DNA from: Mobula birostris
Taxonomy: Eukaryota
Reading direction: 5' to 3'
NCBI RefSeq assembly: GCF_030028105.1
Contig: NC_092400.1
Span: forward strand, 18,104,001-18,168,000
Length of the DNA stretch: 64,000 bases
How positions within the stretch are numbered: position 1 is the first letter of the stretch; the number at the start of each line of letters is the position of its first letter. Position numbers and translations under genes: made by a program. The notes under the pieces are model-generated. The model saw only the letters and a program-made list of their open reading frames with translations. It ran no database searches and was not told the origin of the DNA. Positions 22,440 to 35,699 of this stretch are shown piece after piece.

Positions 22440-23322
22440 TACAATCAGTGGTTACTTTATTAGGTAAATCCTCAACCTAATAAAGAGGCCTTGAGTAATT
22501 GTTCATGATGCTCTGCTGCTATAGCCCATCCACTTCAAGGTTTGACATGTTGAGCATTCAGAGATGCTCTTCTGCACAACGCTGTTGTAAGACATGGTTA
22601 TTGAAGTTCCTGTCAGCAAGAACTGGTCCAGCCATTCTCCTCTGACCTGTCTCATTAACAAAGCATTTTCATTAACAGAACTGCTTCTCACTGGATATTT
22701 TTGGTTTCCCGCACCTTTCTCTGTAACCTCTAGAGACTGTTGTGACTGAAAATCCTAGAGATCAGCAGCAGTTTCTGAGATACTCAGTCCACCCCATCTG
22801 GCACCAACAATCATTCTATGGTCAAAGTCACTTAGATTATATTTCTTCCCCACTCTGATGTTTGGTTTGAACAACAATTGAACCTCTTTACCATGTCTGC
22901 AAGTATTCACGCCTTGAGTTTCTGCCAAATGATCCACCACCTTCAAGAACAGTTACTACCTCTCAACTATCAGGCTCTTGAAAGAACTCATTCTATTTCT
23001 GGTGTTCCTACAACCAATGATTTCATTTTAAGCACATTTTACCTTGTTATTTCATGTTCACCTTATTTATAGCTATATATTTATATTTGCAATTGCATAG
23101 TTTGCTGTTCATTGGTCATGTTTACAGTTACTGGTCAATAGATTTGATGAGTATGCCCACAGGAAAAAGAATCTCAATATTGTATATAGTGACATGTATG
23201 TACTTTAATAATACATTTTAGTTTGAAATTTGAAATTTCAACCTCTGAACATGATTGGCTGATAAGAAATTTGGATTTATGAGCAGGTGAACAGGTGTAC
23301 ACAACAAAGTGTCCACTATGTA
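22440..23322 (-). mobile_element. Tc1-like non-autonomous element with a nested Rex1-like tail
   Basis: cagtggttactttattaggt start; LSDFDHRMIVGARWGGLSISET; gtgtacacaacaaagtgtccact end. Confidence 0.75.
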
Positions 23323-23769
23323 TATATTGGGACTTAGGCCAAAGTCCATAATGGTACCTGTGAGTGAAAGGTGCAGGTCAATTGGAGTAGGCAGTTTAAA
23401 TGGTTCCACATGGACTACTTGGGCCAAAGGGCTTGTTCCTGTACTATACTTTCCTGTCTCTATGATTTTAAATGAAAATGAAATATCTACAAAGAAGTTG
23501 TATTTCTGATGACACCAAGGATGATAGTTCTAATAATCACTGGTGGGTTATGAGAAGAATTGACAACCTCACTAAAGACACATTGCTGGGCTGATTACTC
23601 CATTGTTCAAAACATGAAGGTAAACACAGTCACATTGTTTCAGAGACAAGTAAACTTACTCAGAACTATCAGATATGAAGTTCCATGTACAGCAAAATTC
23701 ACAGCATTGATAAGTTGCATTCAAAGTTTATTAACTTTGCTCCTAGAAGGCATAAGATTTAATGCAATG

Positions 23770-24922
23770 CATGCAAAAAGGCAATGTTACAACAGTCATG
23801 GAGGACTTCAATATGCAGGTAAGATTGGGAAAATCAAGTTGGTGCTGGATTACTGGAGGAGGAACTTCTAGAGTGTCGATGAGATGGCTTTTTAGAGCAG
23901 CTGGTGGTTGAGCCCACTAGACGGCCAGTTATTCTGGATTGAGTGTTGTACAATGAACTAGAATTGATTAGAGACCTTAAGGTTAAAGAAACCTCAGGGG
24001 ACAGTGATCATGATTTGATTGAATTCACCCTGAAATCTGAGAAGGGGAGGCTAAAGTCAGATGTATCAGTATTACAGTGGAGTTAACGGAATTACAGAAG
24101 CATGAGAGAGGAGTTGTCCAAAATTAATTGGAAAAGAATACTGGAAGGAATGACAGCAGAGCAGCAATGGCTGAAATTTCTGGAAACAATTCAGAAGACA
24201 GAAGATTTCTACATCCCAGAGAGGAAGAAGTATTTTAAAGGAAAGATGATAACCATGGCTAACAAGAGAAGTCAAAGCCAACATAAAAGCCAAAGAGAGG
24301 GAATAAAATACAGCAAAAATTAGCGGATTGGGAAGCTCTAAAAAGCAACAAAAGGCAAATAAAAATGTCACTAGGGATGGAATATGAACGTAAGCTAGCC
24401 AATAATATTAAAGCAGATACCAAAAGTTTCTTCAAATGCATAACATGTAAAAGAGAGGTGAGAGTGGATATTGGACCACTTGAAATTATGCTAGAGGGGT
24501 AGTGGTGGGGGATTATGAAATAGCAGATGAACAGCATAATGATTTTGCATCAGTTTTCACTCTGGAAGGCACTAGCAGGATGGTGGAAGTTCTAGTGTCA
24601 GGGGTGATGAAGTGTGTGAAGTTACCAGAACTAGAGAGAAGGTTCTTGAGAAACTGAAAGGTCTGAAGGTAGATATGTCACCTGGACCAGATGATATACA
24701 CCCGAGGGTTCTGAAAGACATGGATGAAGAGATTGTGGAGGTATTAGTCATGATCTTTCAAGAATCAATGGATTCTGTAATGGTTCTGGGAGATGGGAAA
24801 ATTGGAAATGTCACTCAACTCTTCAAGAAAAGAGAAAAGCAGAAGAAAGGAAACTATAGGCCAGTTCAGTCTGTTGGGAAGGTGTCAGAGTTGATTATTA
24901 AAGATGAGGTCTCAGGGTACTG
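23770..24922 (+). mobile_element. CR1 ORF2 fragment (unit 3)
   Basis: ORF 24612..24926 LKVDMSPGPDDIHPRVLKD...GNYRPV. Confidence 0.9.
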
Positions 24923-26745
24923 GTAAATTGGTCCAACAGATGCCTTCAGTGAAATGAGCAGAATATTATTCAAATCCATCTAATTGAATATACTTGTAGT
25001 TCCATGCACTTTACTCAGAGTACAGAGAGATAACAATATTCCTCGAGTAGATTTTCTGTTATCACAAATATCTGCTGAATGTAAGTTAAAAATGTGTTCT
25101 GCTCTCCTTCATGCAGCCTGGCCATGATTCCCCATGCTTCTGGGAGGAGAGGCAGCAACAGTCTCTCAGGCCACACTCCATAATGATGTTTCTAATGTGG
25201 TGAGGCAGTTCAGTCCATATTAAAGTCATTCACTGCTGCACAGCTGCCCTACTCATAGTTCTCAATAACTAGCATACTTCTGCATACAAGCATGCAGGCA
25301 CTTAAATCACAAACATATATGTGAGCACACACGACCGTGCATCACAAAGTTCTTCCACATTCTAGCTTCCCCAATCCAACTATCTGCATGTGGGCAATCG
25401 TGCACGTGTGCATATACGTGTTGAAGTTCAGTCAGGTATGTGTGAAATAATGGGATAAATTACACCAGAAATATTTTGATAGGATTCCAGGGACAAAAAA
25501 AAACAACCTGCTATCTCAGTTTCTCACATGCCCTTGTTTGTAAAGACATTCTTCACTAGGAATGTTCGGTGTTCATTCCTTTCAACACTGCCCTCTTGTG
25601 TTGGAGTTCTTTGCTGCAAACAATGATCCACAACAGTCATTTCCAGAGAGTTAGAGCAAGTAAATCGCTGTCAGTTGACATTCCTAGATGGAGCTGACCG
25701 GGTTAGCAAAATTATTTTAATGTTAGTATACCAGAGAGGTTCTTACAATACTCTGGTAACTTCATTGACACCCGTAAGACATAGGAGCAGAATTGGGCCA
25801 TTCGGCCCATCAATTCTGCTCCATCATTCCATCATGATTGATCTTTGTTCTCAGCCCCATTCTTCTGCCTCCTCTCCATAACCTTTGATGTCCTGATTAA
25901 TCAAGAACCCATCAGCCTCCTCTTTAAATATACCCTCCACAGCCATCTGTGGCAAAGAATTCTATTGATTCACCACCTTCTGGTTAAAGAATTATCTCCT
26001 CATCTCTATTGTAAATTCTGATCATCCTTCTTCAATACTGATAACCCTTTTTAATTCCAGATTTCAATTTTATTTACTGAAAATAAATTCTCTAATTTTG
26101 AACTGGCGCTTCAGTTCCTGTTTCCAGTTCACTAGAAGAGGCTTTTTTAGAAATCCAGTAACTTAGTTCCAGTACTATCAGGATATGGATGCATGCAGTT
26201 TGGCACCATCCTAGCAACTCCTAACATCACTTTCCTTCTGACTGAAAGTCCACAAGTAGGGTTGTTCTTGGATGAATAGATTACTGCAGATTCCTCCGGA
26301 CAGTTAGTCAACCTGAGAATGGCCCACTATAACGGGTGGAAGCTAGCTACAAACGTGACACAGAGGCTGAAGTCATCTGAGGAAGCAACTATTTATATGG
26401 AAAGCCGAAACTTAAATATTCATACACTATATCGACCCTTTCCTTTAAAGCAGAAGATGCCAATTTGGGGTCCACGGACCCCTCTTAATCGTAAGGCTCC
26501 GTGGCATAAAAAAGTTCTGCTTTAAAAAAAAGGAAGAGTTTCTTAATGAACAAGTTCTGAAATAAATTTACTTCTGTAGGTAAAGTACAATGCACTACTC
26601 GACATAAAGGGAACTGTATTACAGAACTTGTTCGTTAAGATCGACTTAACCCTCAACAAAACTTTAAGATTTCATCCATTTCTGCTTTGGGACGAAATTA
26701 TCAGCTTTCCTTTGAGGGCATCTAGTTCACGCGGACCGGGAACGA

Positions 26746-27753
26746 TCAGATTGTTGTTATAGAGCTCATTTGCTGATCCACAGTCTGCTCCTCTTTGGAT
26801 GTTTCTTGTTCAGTGGCTGATCTGGAAAAACTTAAATTAAGACGAACTAGAGCTTTCTCCAAAGCATGTTGAAACTGCGAAGTAGAAAAATAGTAAATAA
26901 TTGGATCGACCACACTGTTCAGATACGTTATAAACAACGTATTGTAAAAGATATTCGCTGCTGTGCGATACGACTTGCAGTCGGATAGACTTCTTAGTTT
27001 AGTCACCAAAACCGCAACCACAGCAACACTGGTGGGCAAGAAGCAAATGACAAAAACCGCAGCCACGGCTATCACAAGTTTCACAGTTCGCTTATATTTA
27101 GACCGCATTCCAACTTCCATCTGCCGTAATCTGCAGATGATGGAGGACGTAGAGAACAGGATAACTGAAACTGGCAAAAGAAACTTAAAGAATATAAAAA
27201 TAAAGTCAGTCCAAATTGCTGGGGGACTCAGAGCCTTGTTTATGCTGTAAGGCTCACAGTTTGTCACGTTGTGTTGTTCGAAGAGATGTTTGTCTATCAG
27301 CAAGTGCAAGCAAATAGCCAACGCTACAATCCACAGACCGCCTGCTATCATCACTGCACACCTTGTAGAGATCCTGTTTACCTTGTGGAGTGGATGGACC
27401 ACCTTAAAGTAACGATCGATCGCTATAACCATGAGGAAAAAGACGCTGCCAATCCGGTTCAGGGAAATCATGAATATGTTCAGTCGACACAGTCCATCAC
27501 CAAAAATCCAGTCCTTCCCTCGGATAAAATAATCAGCCCGAAAAGGTAGACAGCACACTAACAGAGTGTCCGCAATCAGGAGATTCAGTGAGTACACAAT
27601 ACTTGGTTTCCGCGACTTCACATGAACACAAAAGATCCACAAAGCAATCGTATTTCCAGCAAGCCCGAGGATGAATGTGATGATAATTACGGGCGGATTG
27701 TAGGACGAGTTAACATCTTTACCAGGAGCACATTGCAGGGTCGAGTTCGCCAT
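26746..27753 (-). CDS. Hydroxycarboxylic acid receptor / oxoeicosanoid receptor-like class A GPCR, copy 3 (335 aa)
   Basis: Full-length intronless 7TM ORF: LPFRADY, NRIGSVFFL..DRY, CEPY, CFLP, YLNSVVDPIIYYFS. Confidence 0.95.
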   Translation of the reverse strand: MANSTLQCAPGKDVNSSYNPPVIIITFILGLAGNTIALWIFCVHVKSRKPSIVYSLNLLIADTLLVCCLPFRADYFIRGKDWIFGDGLCRLNIFMISLNRIGSVFFLMVIAIDRYFKVVHPLHKVNRISTRCAVMIAGGLWIVALAICLHLLIDKHLFEQHNVTNCEPYSINKALSPPAIWTDFIFIFFKFLLPVSVILFSTSSIICRLRQMEVGMRSKYKRTVKLVIAVAAVFVICFLPTSVAVVAVLVTKLRSLSDCKSYRTAANIFYNTLFITYLNSVVDPIIYYFSTSQFQHALEKALVRLNLSFSRSATEQETSKEEQTVDQQMSSITTI

Positions 27754-27854
27754 TGTGCGAAAAAGCGGTCACACAGTCAAGATGTTTCAGAGGGGAGCAC
27801 ACTCATTCGAAGCTGAACAACCTTATAAACTGGCCTTTTTCGAATGAGTTTGTT

Positions 27855-27940
27855 CCCCTGTGGGTGGAGTATATGGGCGGAGTGAAATAGTCAGAGCACC
27901 AATAAGTTGTGCGTTCAAATCACCAAGTTCCAGGAAAACT
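27855..27940 (-). promoter_or_regulatory. Candidate proximal promoter module of copy 3 (GC box, CCAAT, GAS)
   Basis: gggcggag ~27875, ccaat ~27899, ttccaggaa 27928-27936. Confidence 0.45.
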
Positions 27941-30696
27941 CGAAGCATCAGCATTTAAGTTGAGCAGCAAACAATGAAATAGATTTTGATTTTATCGCCA
28001 GGCTTAAAATTGTACAATACTTAGTTTTGTTGTTGAGTGCATGAATAATTTTACATTAAAATTAATCATGGGGTATAATTTTAAGCTGATTGCAGGGAGG
28101 GCAAGTTTTTTACGCAGCGAGGTTGGGTGCGAGGAACACGCTGTCAGGTTTGGTGGTAGAGGCAGATACATTAGGGGCATTTCAGAAACTGTTAGCTAGG
28201 CACAAGGATGATAGGAAAATGGAGGACTCTGCAGGAGGGAAGGGTTAGTCTGATCTCAAAGTAGGATAAATCTCAACACACAAGGTACTGTAATGATATA
28301 CAGACCAAAAATAAGAGCAGTGTTGTAATATTAACCACCTCAAAGATCATTTCACTTCGTTATTAAAGTCATTCTTGAAAAACTTCCTGACGACAATTGA
28401 AATGGAAAACGGAGAAAACTCCCAGCATGTCAACTTTGGAAAGCAAACAGAGCTTATGATTCCGTATGTAGGTCTTTCATTTTTCCGAGCAGGTTTTGAG
28501 TGCCTTCTGAAATGGATGCGCCTCTCTGAACATCACCTGATATCAGTGAACGTGATGTATTTAAACAACTGTTTATTATTTTAAGGAATTGTAATGCAGA
28601 AGTCCACCTACTTCCTCTAGTTTGGGGAAGTGATTTAGTGTAAATAACATGGTTGTTGAACAGAATGGTTTAAAAATATCTGAGTGGATGAAGATCTATC
28701 CTGGTGTGCAATGGAGATGCAGCGGGACATGATGGGATCAGGGAAGAGGAAACAGTCAAAGCAGCAGAGGGCTTCAGAGGTATCACAGGCATCTGTGATC
28801 CCTTGGCTTGTAGGGAAGTAGTAGAAACAAACTGTGAGTTATAAAACTAATGCTGGAGGATAAATAGAGTCTTCTAAGGAAATATGTCAGGGATTCCTAT
28901 GAGAAATGAAAGCCTGATGCTCAGTGGTGGGTCGTGATCCTGTTGGAAGTATGAGAAAGTGTCCAGGAGATGACATTCAGGAGAGAGTAATTTGCATGAG
29001 CACTGACACACTGCTCCTTGTCAGCAGGTTTGACGACAATCCAGGAGTCATTCTTATTGAAGAGTTGCAAATTCAGGTTCACTTGGTTAGGGTGAGCAAA
29101 TTGAAATAATCATTGTTGAGTTGGCAGAGAGTGATGAATGGATCTGGAGAAGGAAAGGACTTTGAAGAGGGATCCAGTTTTGTACAGGATTCTGGAAATG
29201 GGGATCCTCAGTGTTGAGGGCACCTGACCATGGGGACTCAGTCTTTTTAAGCACTTCTCAAGAGGGTCTGGAATGAAGCATCACTCAAGTTATACATGGG
29301 AGAAACAGGACTTAGGGATAGATCATTGCTGAATATATCTCCAGCAGTGTGAATGCTCAGAATGTTACTGTACAAACTGAGTGGAGGGAGAGTGTGAGGG
29401 AGAGGGATCAGCAGCGACACAGGCTCTTCATCTACCTCAGATGCGAGGTTATGGATGCACTCAAAATAGTACATCAGAAATGAATGCAGAACCAGGCCAT
29501 AGAGATCCCTGAACATCATTCCTGATTCATTCAGATTTTCACCTCAACACTTGCTGCACATTGGCACAAATGGCAGAACCTCTGCCTCACTGCAGCAGAA
29601 CTCTGGGTTCACCACATATGATGTTGGATTCCTTTGGGTGCTCTAGTGTCCTTCCCAAACATCAAACACATTCAGGTCAGCAGTTGAATGACCTACTGTA
29701 AATTGCTTCTAGTGTTAGGTTGGTGGTAGAATATGGGAGGAAATAAACAAGATGTGGAGAGAATTTTTAAAATTTGGAATCAATTAACATTTTGGTAAAT
29801 GGTTGCTTGACAAACACTGGAAAAATAATGGGCCAACTCACTTGGTTTTCCCTCTTTGTGTCTTGCTTATAGAATTAAGGATATGTGTATTCAAACCCCA
29901 AGAATTTTAAGTTGTTAGTTGCCATAAACCACACTGAACATTCAACTTGTCACGCACCTGGAGCGGCGGCAAGCCTCACTCTTAACTGTGCAGCTTCATT
30001 CAACCATATTAGGAACAATTCCTCTTTCACCTCCTTCACTCAGACTGACTCACACCTTCCCATTCAGGGAAAGTGGTGCTAAACTGAAAGCAAGCCGAAT
30101 TAGTTGAAGTGGAAGTGTGCCCTTACGTTTTCAGTAAGGCCACCAATCTCAGGTGCCCTGTTAGCCGCAAGATCCAGAATGAAGGTTGGCATCATTCGTT
30201 TTCCCAATCACTGAAAATAGCATATTGTGCATATGTCAAAAATTTGATCACAAGTTATAATACACCCAGTGGCCATTTTATAAGGTTAATCCTCGACATA
30301 TAAAGAGGCCTGGGATAGATGGTCCCATGCTGCTGTAGCCCATTCGTCTCAATGTTCGACATGTTGAGCATTCAAAGATGCACTTCTGCACAACACTGTT
30401 GTAACACATGGTTATTGGAATTCCTGTCAGTCAGCTAGAACCATTCCAGCCACTCTCCTCTGACCTCCCCGAATAACAAAGAATTTTCATCAACAGAACT
30501 GCTTCTCACTGAATGTTTTTGGCTTCTTGCACCAATCTCTGTAACCTCTAGAGACTACTGTGAGTGAAAATCCCAAAGGTCAGCAGTTTCTGATATACTC
30601 AGTCCACCCTATCTGGCACCAACAATCATTCTACAGTCAAAGTCACTTAGATCACATTTCTTCCCTATTCTAATGTTTGGTTCAAGCACAATTGAA

Positions 30697-30872
30697 TCTC
30701 CTGTCTTCTCCTATCATTTTGGATCTCCCCCTCCCCCTCACACTTTCAAATCTCTTACTAGCTCTTCTTTCAGTTAGTCCTGACGAAGGGTCTCGGCCCA
30801 AAACGTCGACTGTACCTCTTCCTAGAGATGCTGCCTGGCCTGCTGTGTTCACCAGCAAATTTTGTGTGTGTT
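30697..30872 (+). mobile_element. Penelope-like terminal-repeat insertion with a hammerhead motif
   Basis: 7-bp TSD aattgaa (30690-30696, 30873-30879); empty site at ~22876. Confidence 0.8.
30776..30812 (+). ncRNA. Minimal type I hammerhead ribozyme motif, catalytic G12 mutated to A
   Basis: agtc CTGACGA a gggt ctcg gccc AAAAC GTC gact. Confidence 0.6.
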
Positions 30873-31158
30873 AATTGAACCTCTTGACCAGGTCTGCATG
30901 TTTTCATGCATTGAGTTTCTGCCACATGAAACACCAGGTTCAAGTACAGTAACTATCCCCCCCCCCCCCACCAACTATTCAGGCTCTTGAACAAGAGGAT
31001 AACTACACTCATTCTGTTTCTGCTGTTCCCACAACCAATGATCACCCTTTAGGAATGCTTTATCTTGTTATTTCATGTTCTTTTTATTTGTTGCTATTTA
31101 TTTATATTTGTATTTCCACAGTCTGTTGTTCATTGATCCTGTTTACAGTTACTGATCT

Positions 31159-31542
31159 TGTCATGGTCCCATCTGGCAATTCTCCATCTTGCTATTATCT
31201 CCTTGATTGGGCCTTAATCCCCTTGTCTGATTTACAATTGTTCTCAGTTCCATTAATTCCAACACACTTGCTTTCTATCAATGAATGCAGGATAAGAACC
31301 CTGGAGTCACAGCAATGAGCTGCCAGTTCATTGATCTATTCTAGTGTGTGTAAACCCTGTTTCCTGATTCCTTAGGATTGTCAGTTCTAAGTTCCACACC
31401 ATTCCCTGGAAGATCTACATAAACTTTGTCTCTGTGTAAAGACTCTCCTGCATACCTGTCCCACGTCTGCAACTGTGCTAGCGCCTCACGACCCTGTCAC
31501 GATCCTGCACTTGGGTTCGTCCCCAGCCACGTTCTTGCAACA
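31159..31542. mobile_element. Solo LTR
   Basis: TG...CA termini; 5-bp TSD gatct (31154-31158, 31543-31547); empty site at ~6925. Confidence 0.85.
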
Positions 31543-32062
31543 GATCTATAGATTTACTGTCTGCCCACAGGAAAAAGAATCGCAGGGTTGTGTGTAGTGA
31601 CATGTATGTACTCTGATAATAAATTTTTCTTTGGAATTTGAACTTTTGAAATTTGAACGGGATTGGCTGATTAGATATTTGCATTAACGAGTTGGTGGAT
31701 ACCTAACAAAGTGACTACTGGGTGTATATTGGGATTTAGGCAAAAGGCCATAATGGCCACTGGCCACTGTGAATGGAAGGCTAATGCAGGTACAGTACCT
31801 GCTGACCGGAATGCCGGGAGCTCTGCTGATTTCAACTTGAATAAAGACTGATGATGATGGATTGCAAAGGGTCTCCCAGAGTATCAGAGCAAACCTGCAG
31901 TGAGGTTAATTAACCAATGAAAGAAATAGCCTGGTGAAGATCAGAGGCACCAAGCTTCACCACTTGGACTTACGTAAGGGTCCTTCCTATTGCCTGTGAG
32001 TTATCCTCCCAACAGCCAGTGCTCATGCTGAGACATGCAATGTGAACTCAAGCCTTTGAGTC

Positions 32063-32423
32063 TGTAATGTTGAATTAGTTTTGCAGGTCTGGCGGATGAG
32101 GCAGAAAACACCGACTGCCAATAGCATATGACTCATTAATTTACAAACAGTAAAAATTTAACCAAACATTCATGTTCCCCAAGTTACAGACACTAAAAAC
32201 ATACATTCAACAAACATACTTAGCTAAATGCAGGTGCAGAGCATACCACTTACCTTAAACAAGGGAGAGAGAACCTCGCACACGTGCTCTATATATACCC
32301 AGCATATTTGAAACAGGATGCCAGCCAGCTGGCCAATGGGAAAAGCAGCTGCAGTTTCTAAACTAACCAGTCACAGCAGAAGCAGCTCTCGACAATCAGA
32401 ATAAGCCGTGCCCCCACAAGACA
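32063..32423. mobile_element. Solo LTR
   Basis: TGT...ACA termini; 5-bp TSD gagtc (32058-32062, 32424-32428); absent from the paralog at ~8000. Confidence 0.85.
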
Positions 32424-33182
32424 GAGTCCCAATGCTCCAGACAATCCTTCATTGCTATCTGCATTTCTGCCTCACTGAAAGCCCTTAGCCTTCCTCCAGT
32501 CCTGGTTCTGTCACTGGAGACAAGACTGTCCCATTCAACAAATGCAAGTTGCCATCTGACTTTGCGAATCCCTGGCTCACAGTCACTCAAAGTACAGAAG
32601 GGGCATTCAAAATGGAACTGAGAAGCTCATGCCTATACTTCAGAAATGCAGGAAAGAGCTGCGTAATTAGTAGATGGAGCAGACCACTTCATCTACCACT
32701 TGACACCCTCTCAGGAAGCATTTGCCCATCTGTGGAGGAACATAAAGCCATTATAAGGTATTGGATCAGGCCATCAAGTCTGCTTCTCTACTTAATCATG
32801 GCTGAGATGTTGTTTTGAACTCCATTCTACCAACTTCTCCTTGTAATCTTCACCCTCCTCCCCCTTAGCAATCAAGAACCTATAAATCTTTGTCTTAAAT
32901 ACACTCAATGATTTGGTCTCCACTGCCTTATATGACAATGAATTCCACAGATTCCCCACACTCTGGCTGAGGAAATTCCTCATCTCAGTTCTAAAGAGAT
33001 CTCCCTTTATTCTGAGGCTGTGCCCTTGGATCCTTGAATCCTCTCCTACTAATGGAAGCATGCTCTCCAAGTTGACATTATCCAGGTTTGTGGTTCCTCA
33101 CATTGAGATGACTAACTACCCCAGAATGGAAAAGGTACATCTATAGGAATAAACAGGAGTGGATAATGTTCTTTATATGAAC

Positions 33183-34417
33183 AGTAGTAGTAGTAGTCAT
33201 ACTTTATTGATCCCGGGGGAAATTGGTTTTCGTTACAGTTGCACCATAAATAATAAGTAGTAATAGAACCATAAATATTTAAATAGTAATATGTAAATTA
33301 TGCCAGTAAATTAGGAAATAAGTCCAGGACCAGTCTATTGGCTCAGGGTGTCTGACCCTCCAAGGGAGGAGCTGTAAAGTTTGATGGCCACAGGCAGGAA
33401 TGACTTCCTCTGTGCTGCATCTCAGAGGAATGAGTCTCTGGCTGCATGTACTCCTGTGTCCACCCAGTACATTATGTAGTGGATGGGAGACATTGACCAA
33501 GATGGCATGCAACTTAGACAGCATCCTCTTTTTCAGACACCACCGTCAGAGAGTCCAGTTCCATCCCCACAACATCACTGGCCTTACCAATGAGTTTGTT
33601 GATTCTGTTGGTGTCTGCTACCCTCAGCCTGCTGCCCCAGCACACAACAGCAAACATGATCGCACTGGCCAGCACAGACTCGTAGAACATCCTCAGCATC
33701 GTCCGGCAGACGTTAAAGGACCTCAGTCTCTTCAGGAAATAGAGGCGGCTCTGACCCTTCTAGTAGACAGCCTCAGTGTTCTTAGACCAGTCCAGTTTAT
33801 TGTCAATTCGTATCCCCAGGTATTTGTAATCCTCCACCATGCCCACACTGACCCCCTGGATGGAAACAGGGGTCACCGGTACCTTAGCTCTCCTCAGGTC
33901 TACCACCAGCTCCTTAGTCTTTTTCACATTAAGCTGCAGATAATTCTGCTCACACCATGTGACAAAGTTTCCTACCGTAGCCCTGTATTCAACCTCATCT
34001 CCCCTGCTGATGCATCCAACTATGGCAGAGTCATCCGAAAACTTCTGATGACAAGACTCTGTGCAGTAGTTGAAGTCCGATGTATAAATGGTGAAGAGAA
34101 AGGGAGACAAGACAGTCCCCTGTAGGGCCCTAGTGCTGCTGATCACTCTGTCGGACACACAGTGTTGCAAGCACACGTACTGTGGTCTGCCAGTCAGGTA
34201 ATCAAGAATCCATGACACCAGGAAAGCATCCACCTGCATCGCTGTCAGCTTCTCCCCCAGCAGAGCAGGGTGGATGGTGTTGAATGCACTGGAGAAGTCA
34301 AAAAACATGATCCTCACAGTGCTCACTGGCTTGTCCAGGTGGGCGCAGACACAGTTCAGCAGGTAGATGATGGCATCCTCAACTCCTAGTCGGGGCTGGT
34401 AGGCGAACTGGAGGGGA
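33183..34417 (-). mobile_element. Rex1/Babar-clade LINE, 5'-truncated RT and 3' end with (TAC)n tail
   Basis: ORF 33760..34326 STVRIMFFDFSSAFNTI, QGTVLSPFLFTIYTSDF, KFSDD, LNVKKTKELVVD. Confidence 0.92.
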
Positions 34418-35301
34418 TGTATATAGGTTGATTAAGCATTCTTGTTTACTTAAATAATTACTTATGGGTTGTATGTATGTAAGGGGGTTTTAACTTTTAT
34501 GTTACTGCGGAGGCTAATTAAAATGGCGTCTTTGTTATGTTAATCTGGGGAATGCAGCTTTGTTGTGTTAAACGTTGAGAAAGTTTGCGCTAACGGTTTG
34601 TCTTTGCTATTAGTGTGTGATAAGAGAGTACTATTAACCAATTGGGATAGTTGTTATGGTTTTGGTGTATTTGAAGATACTGTATGCACGGGGTTTTGGG
34701 GGAGAAGGCGGGAGATCGAGACAGAGGATGGACGAGGTGCTGTGAGTCCGCTAACGGGGTCGGACCCCGAGCGGGACGTTCCGCGAGGAGACGGAGATGG
34801 ACTGGTGTGAAGCGTCTGGTCGACCACCATTGTTGGTCCCAGGCGGCCAGTTGAGGTGGTCCGAGGGGGTCGCAGGGTGAAGAAGAAGGTCCTTGAGCTC
34901 CAACTGTTTGTGCACGAAGAGATTGAACTTTGATAAGTGTGGCGCCTTTTATTTTCCTTTTATATTTTATTCTCTTTTAATTATATAGTTCCAGTAATAT
35001 CTATAAACTGTAAATCATTTAATTGCATCTGGTGTATTGTCTGTTATTTGGGCGGGGTGGGGTACCTCACACAACATCCACACAAACAAGTTATCCAGTT
35101 TGGCAGGGCCGAGGCTGTTTCCCTAGACGACAGCGAGCCAAGCGACCCTGAGAGTGGCCAGGGGGCTACATGTAAAAGACATTAATTGCATACATCGTCA
35201 TGTGATGCCACTTAAAATTAAAGATGCAGTTACACCCATATTTCAGACTCAACATGTTTTCCTTGAATTAGTTTAATAATCTGAAGTTTCAGAACATAAC
35301 A
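34418..35301. mobile_element. Partial LTR-like repeat interrupted by a younger solo LTR
   Basis: AT-rich repeat continuous across the 34478-35170 insert; ends ...cataaca. Confidence 0.5.
34478..35170 (+). mobile_element. Solo LTR (Gypsy-like)
   Basis: TGTA...TACA termini; 4-bp TSD tgta (34474-34477, 35171-35174); CpG-rich interior. Confidence 0.8.
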
Positions 35302-35699
35302 TGTGCTCCTTATTCCTCTTCCTGCACATGATCTTTCACATCTTCATTTTGCATATTCTCCTTTCTGTAGACAAGTAATTTCTGTATTATTTTTGCAAAT
35401 TTGCAATTTCATCCAGCCTTAATTTCTACATCACAGCATCTCCATGCAACTCACACTCCAACTTTGTAAAACCTTGGTCATATATCACCTGGAGCACGAT
35501 GTGCAGTTCTGGCCAGCATGTATTTGAATGGATGCGAGAGTGCTGGAGGGGAGAATGACCAGGATGGAGCAGTTCCATTATGTGGAGAACAGGAGAAGCT
35601 CGGTCCGTTTTCCTTAGAGCTCAAGAGATCAAGAACAAACATTACTGAGGTATTAAAGGTTATAGATAGGGTAGACTGTAGGAAACTTCTCATCATACC

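Larger units (their letters stand above)
30262..31725 (-). mobile_element. Tc1-like non-autonomous element carrying nested Penelope terminus, Rex1-like tail and solo LTR
   Basis: cagtggccattttataaggt start; homologous to 22440-23322. Confidence 0.7.

Noticed and set aside
33400-34125. 241-aa plus-strand ORF (also 37110..37712, 200 aa)
   Set aside because: Antisense to Rex1 RT and CR1 endonuclease coding sequence
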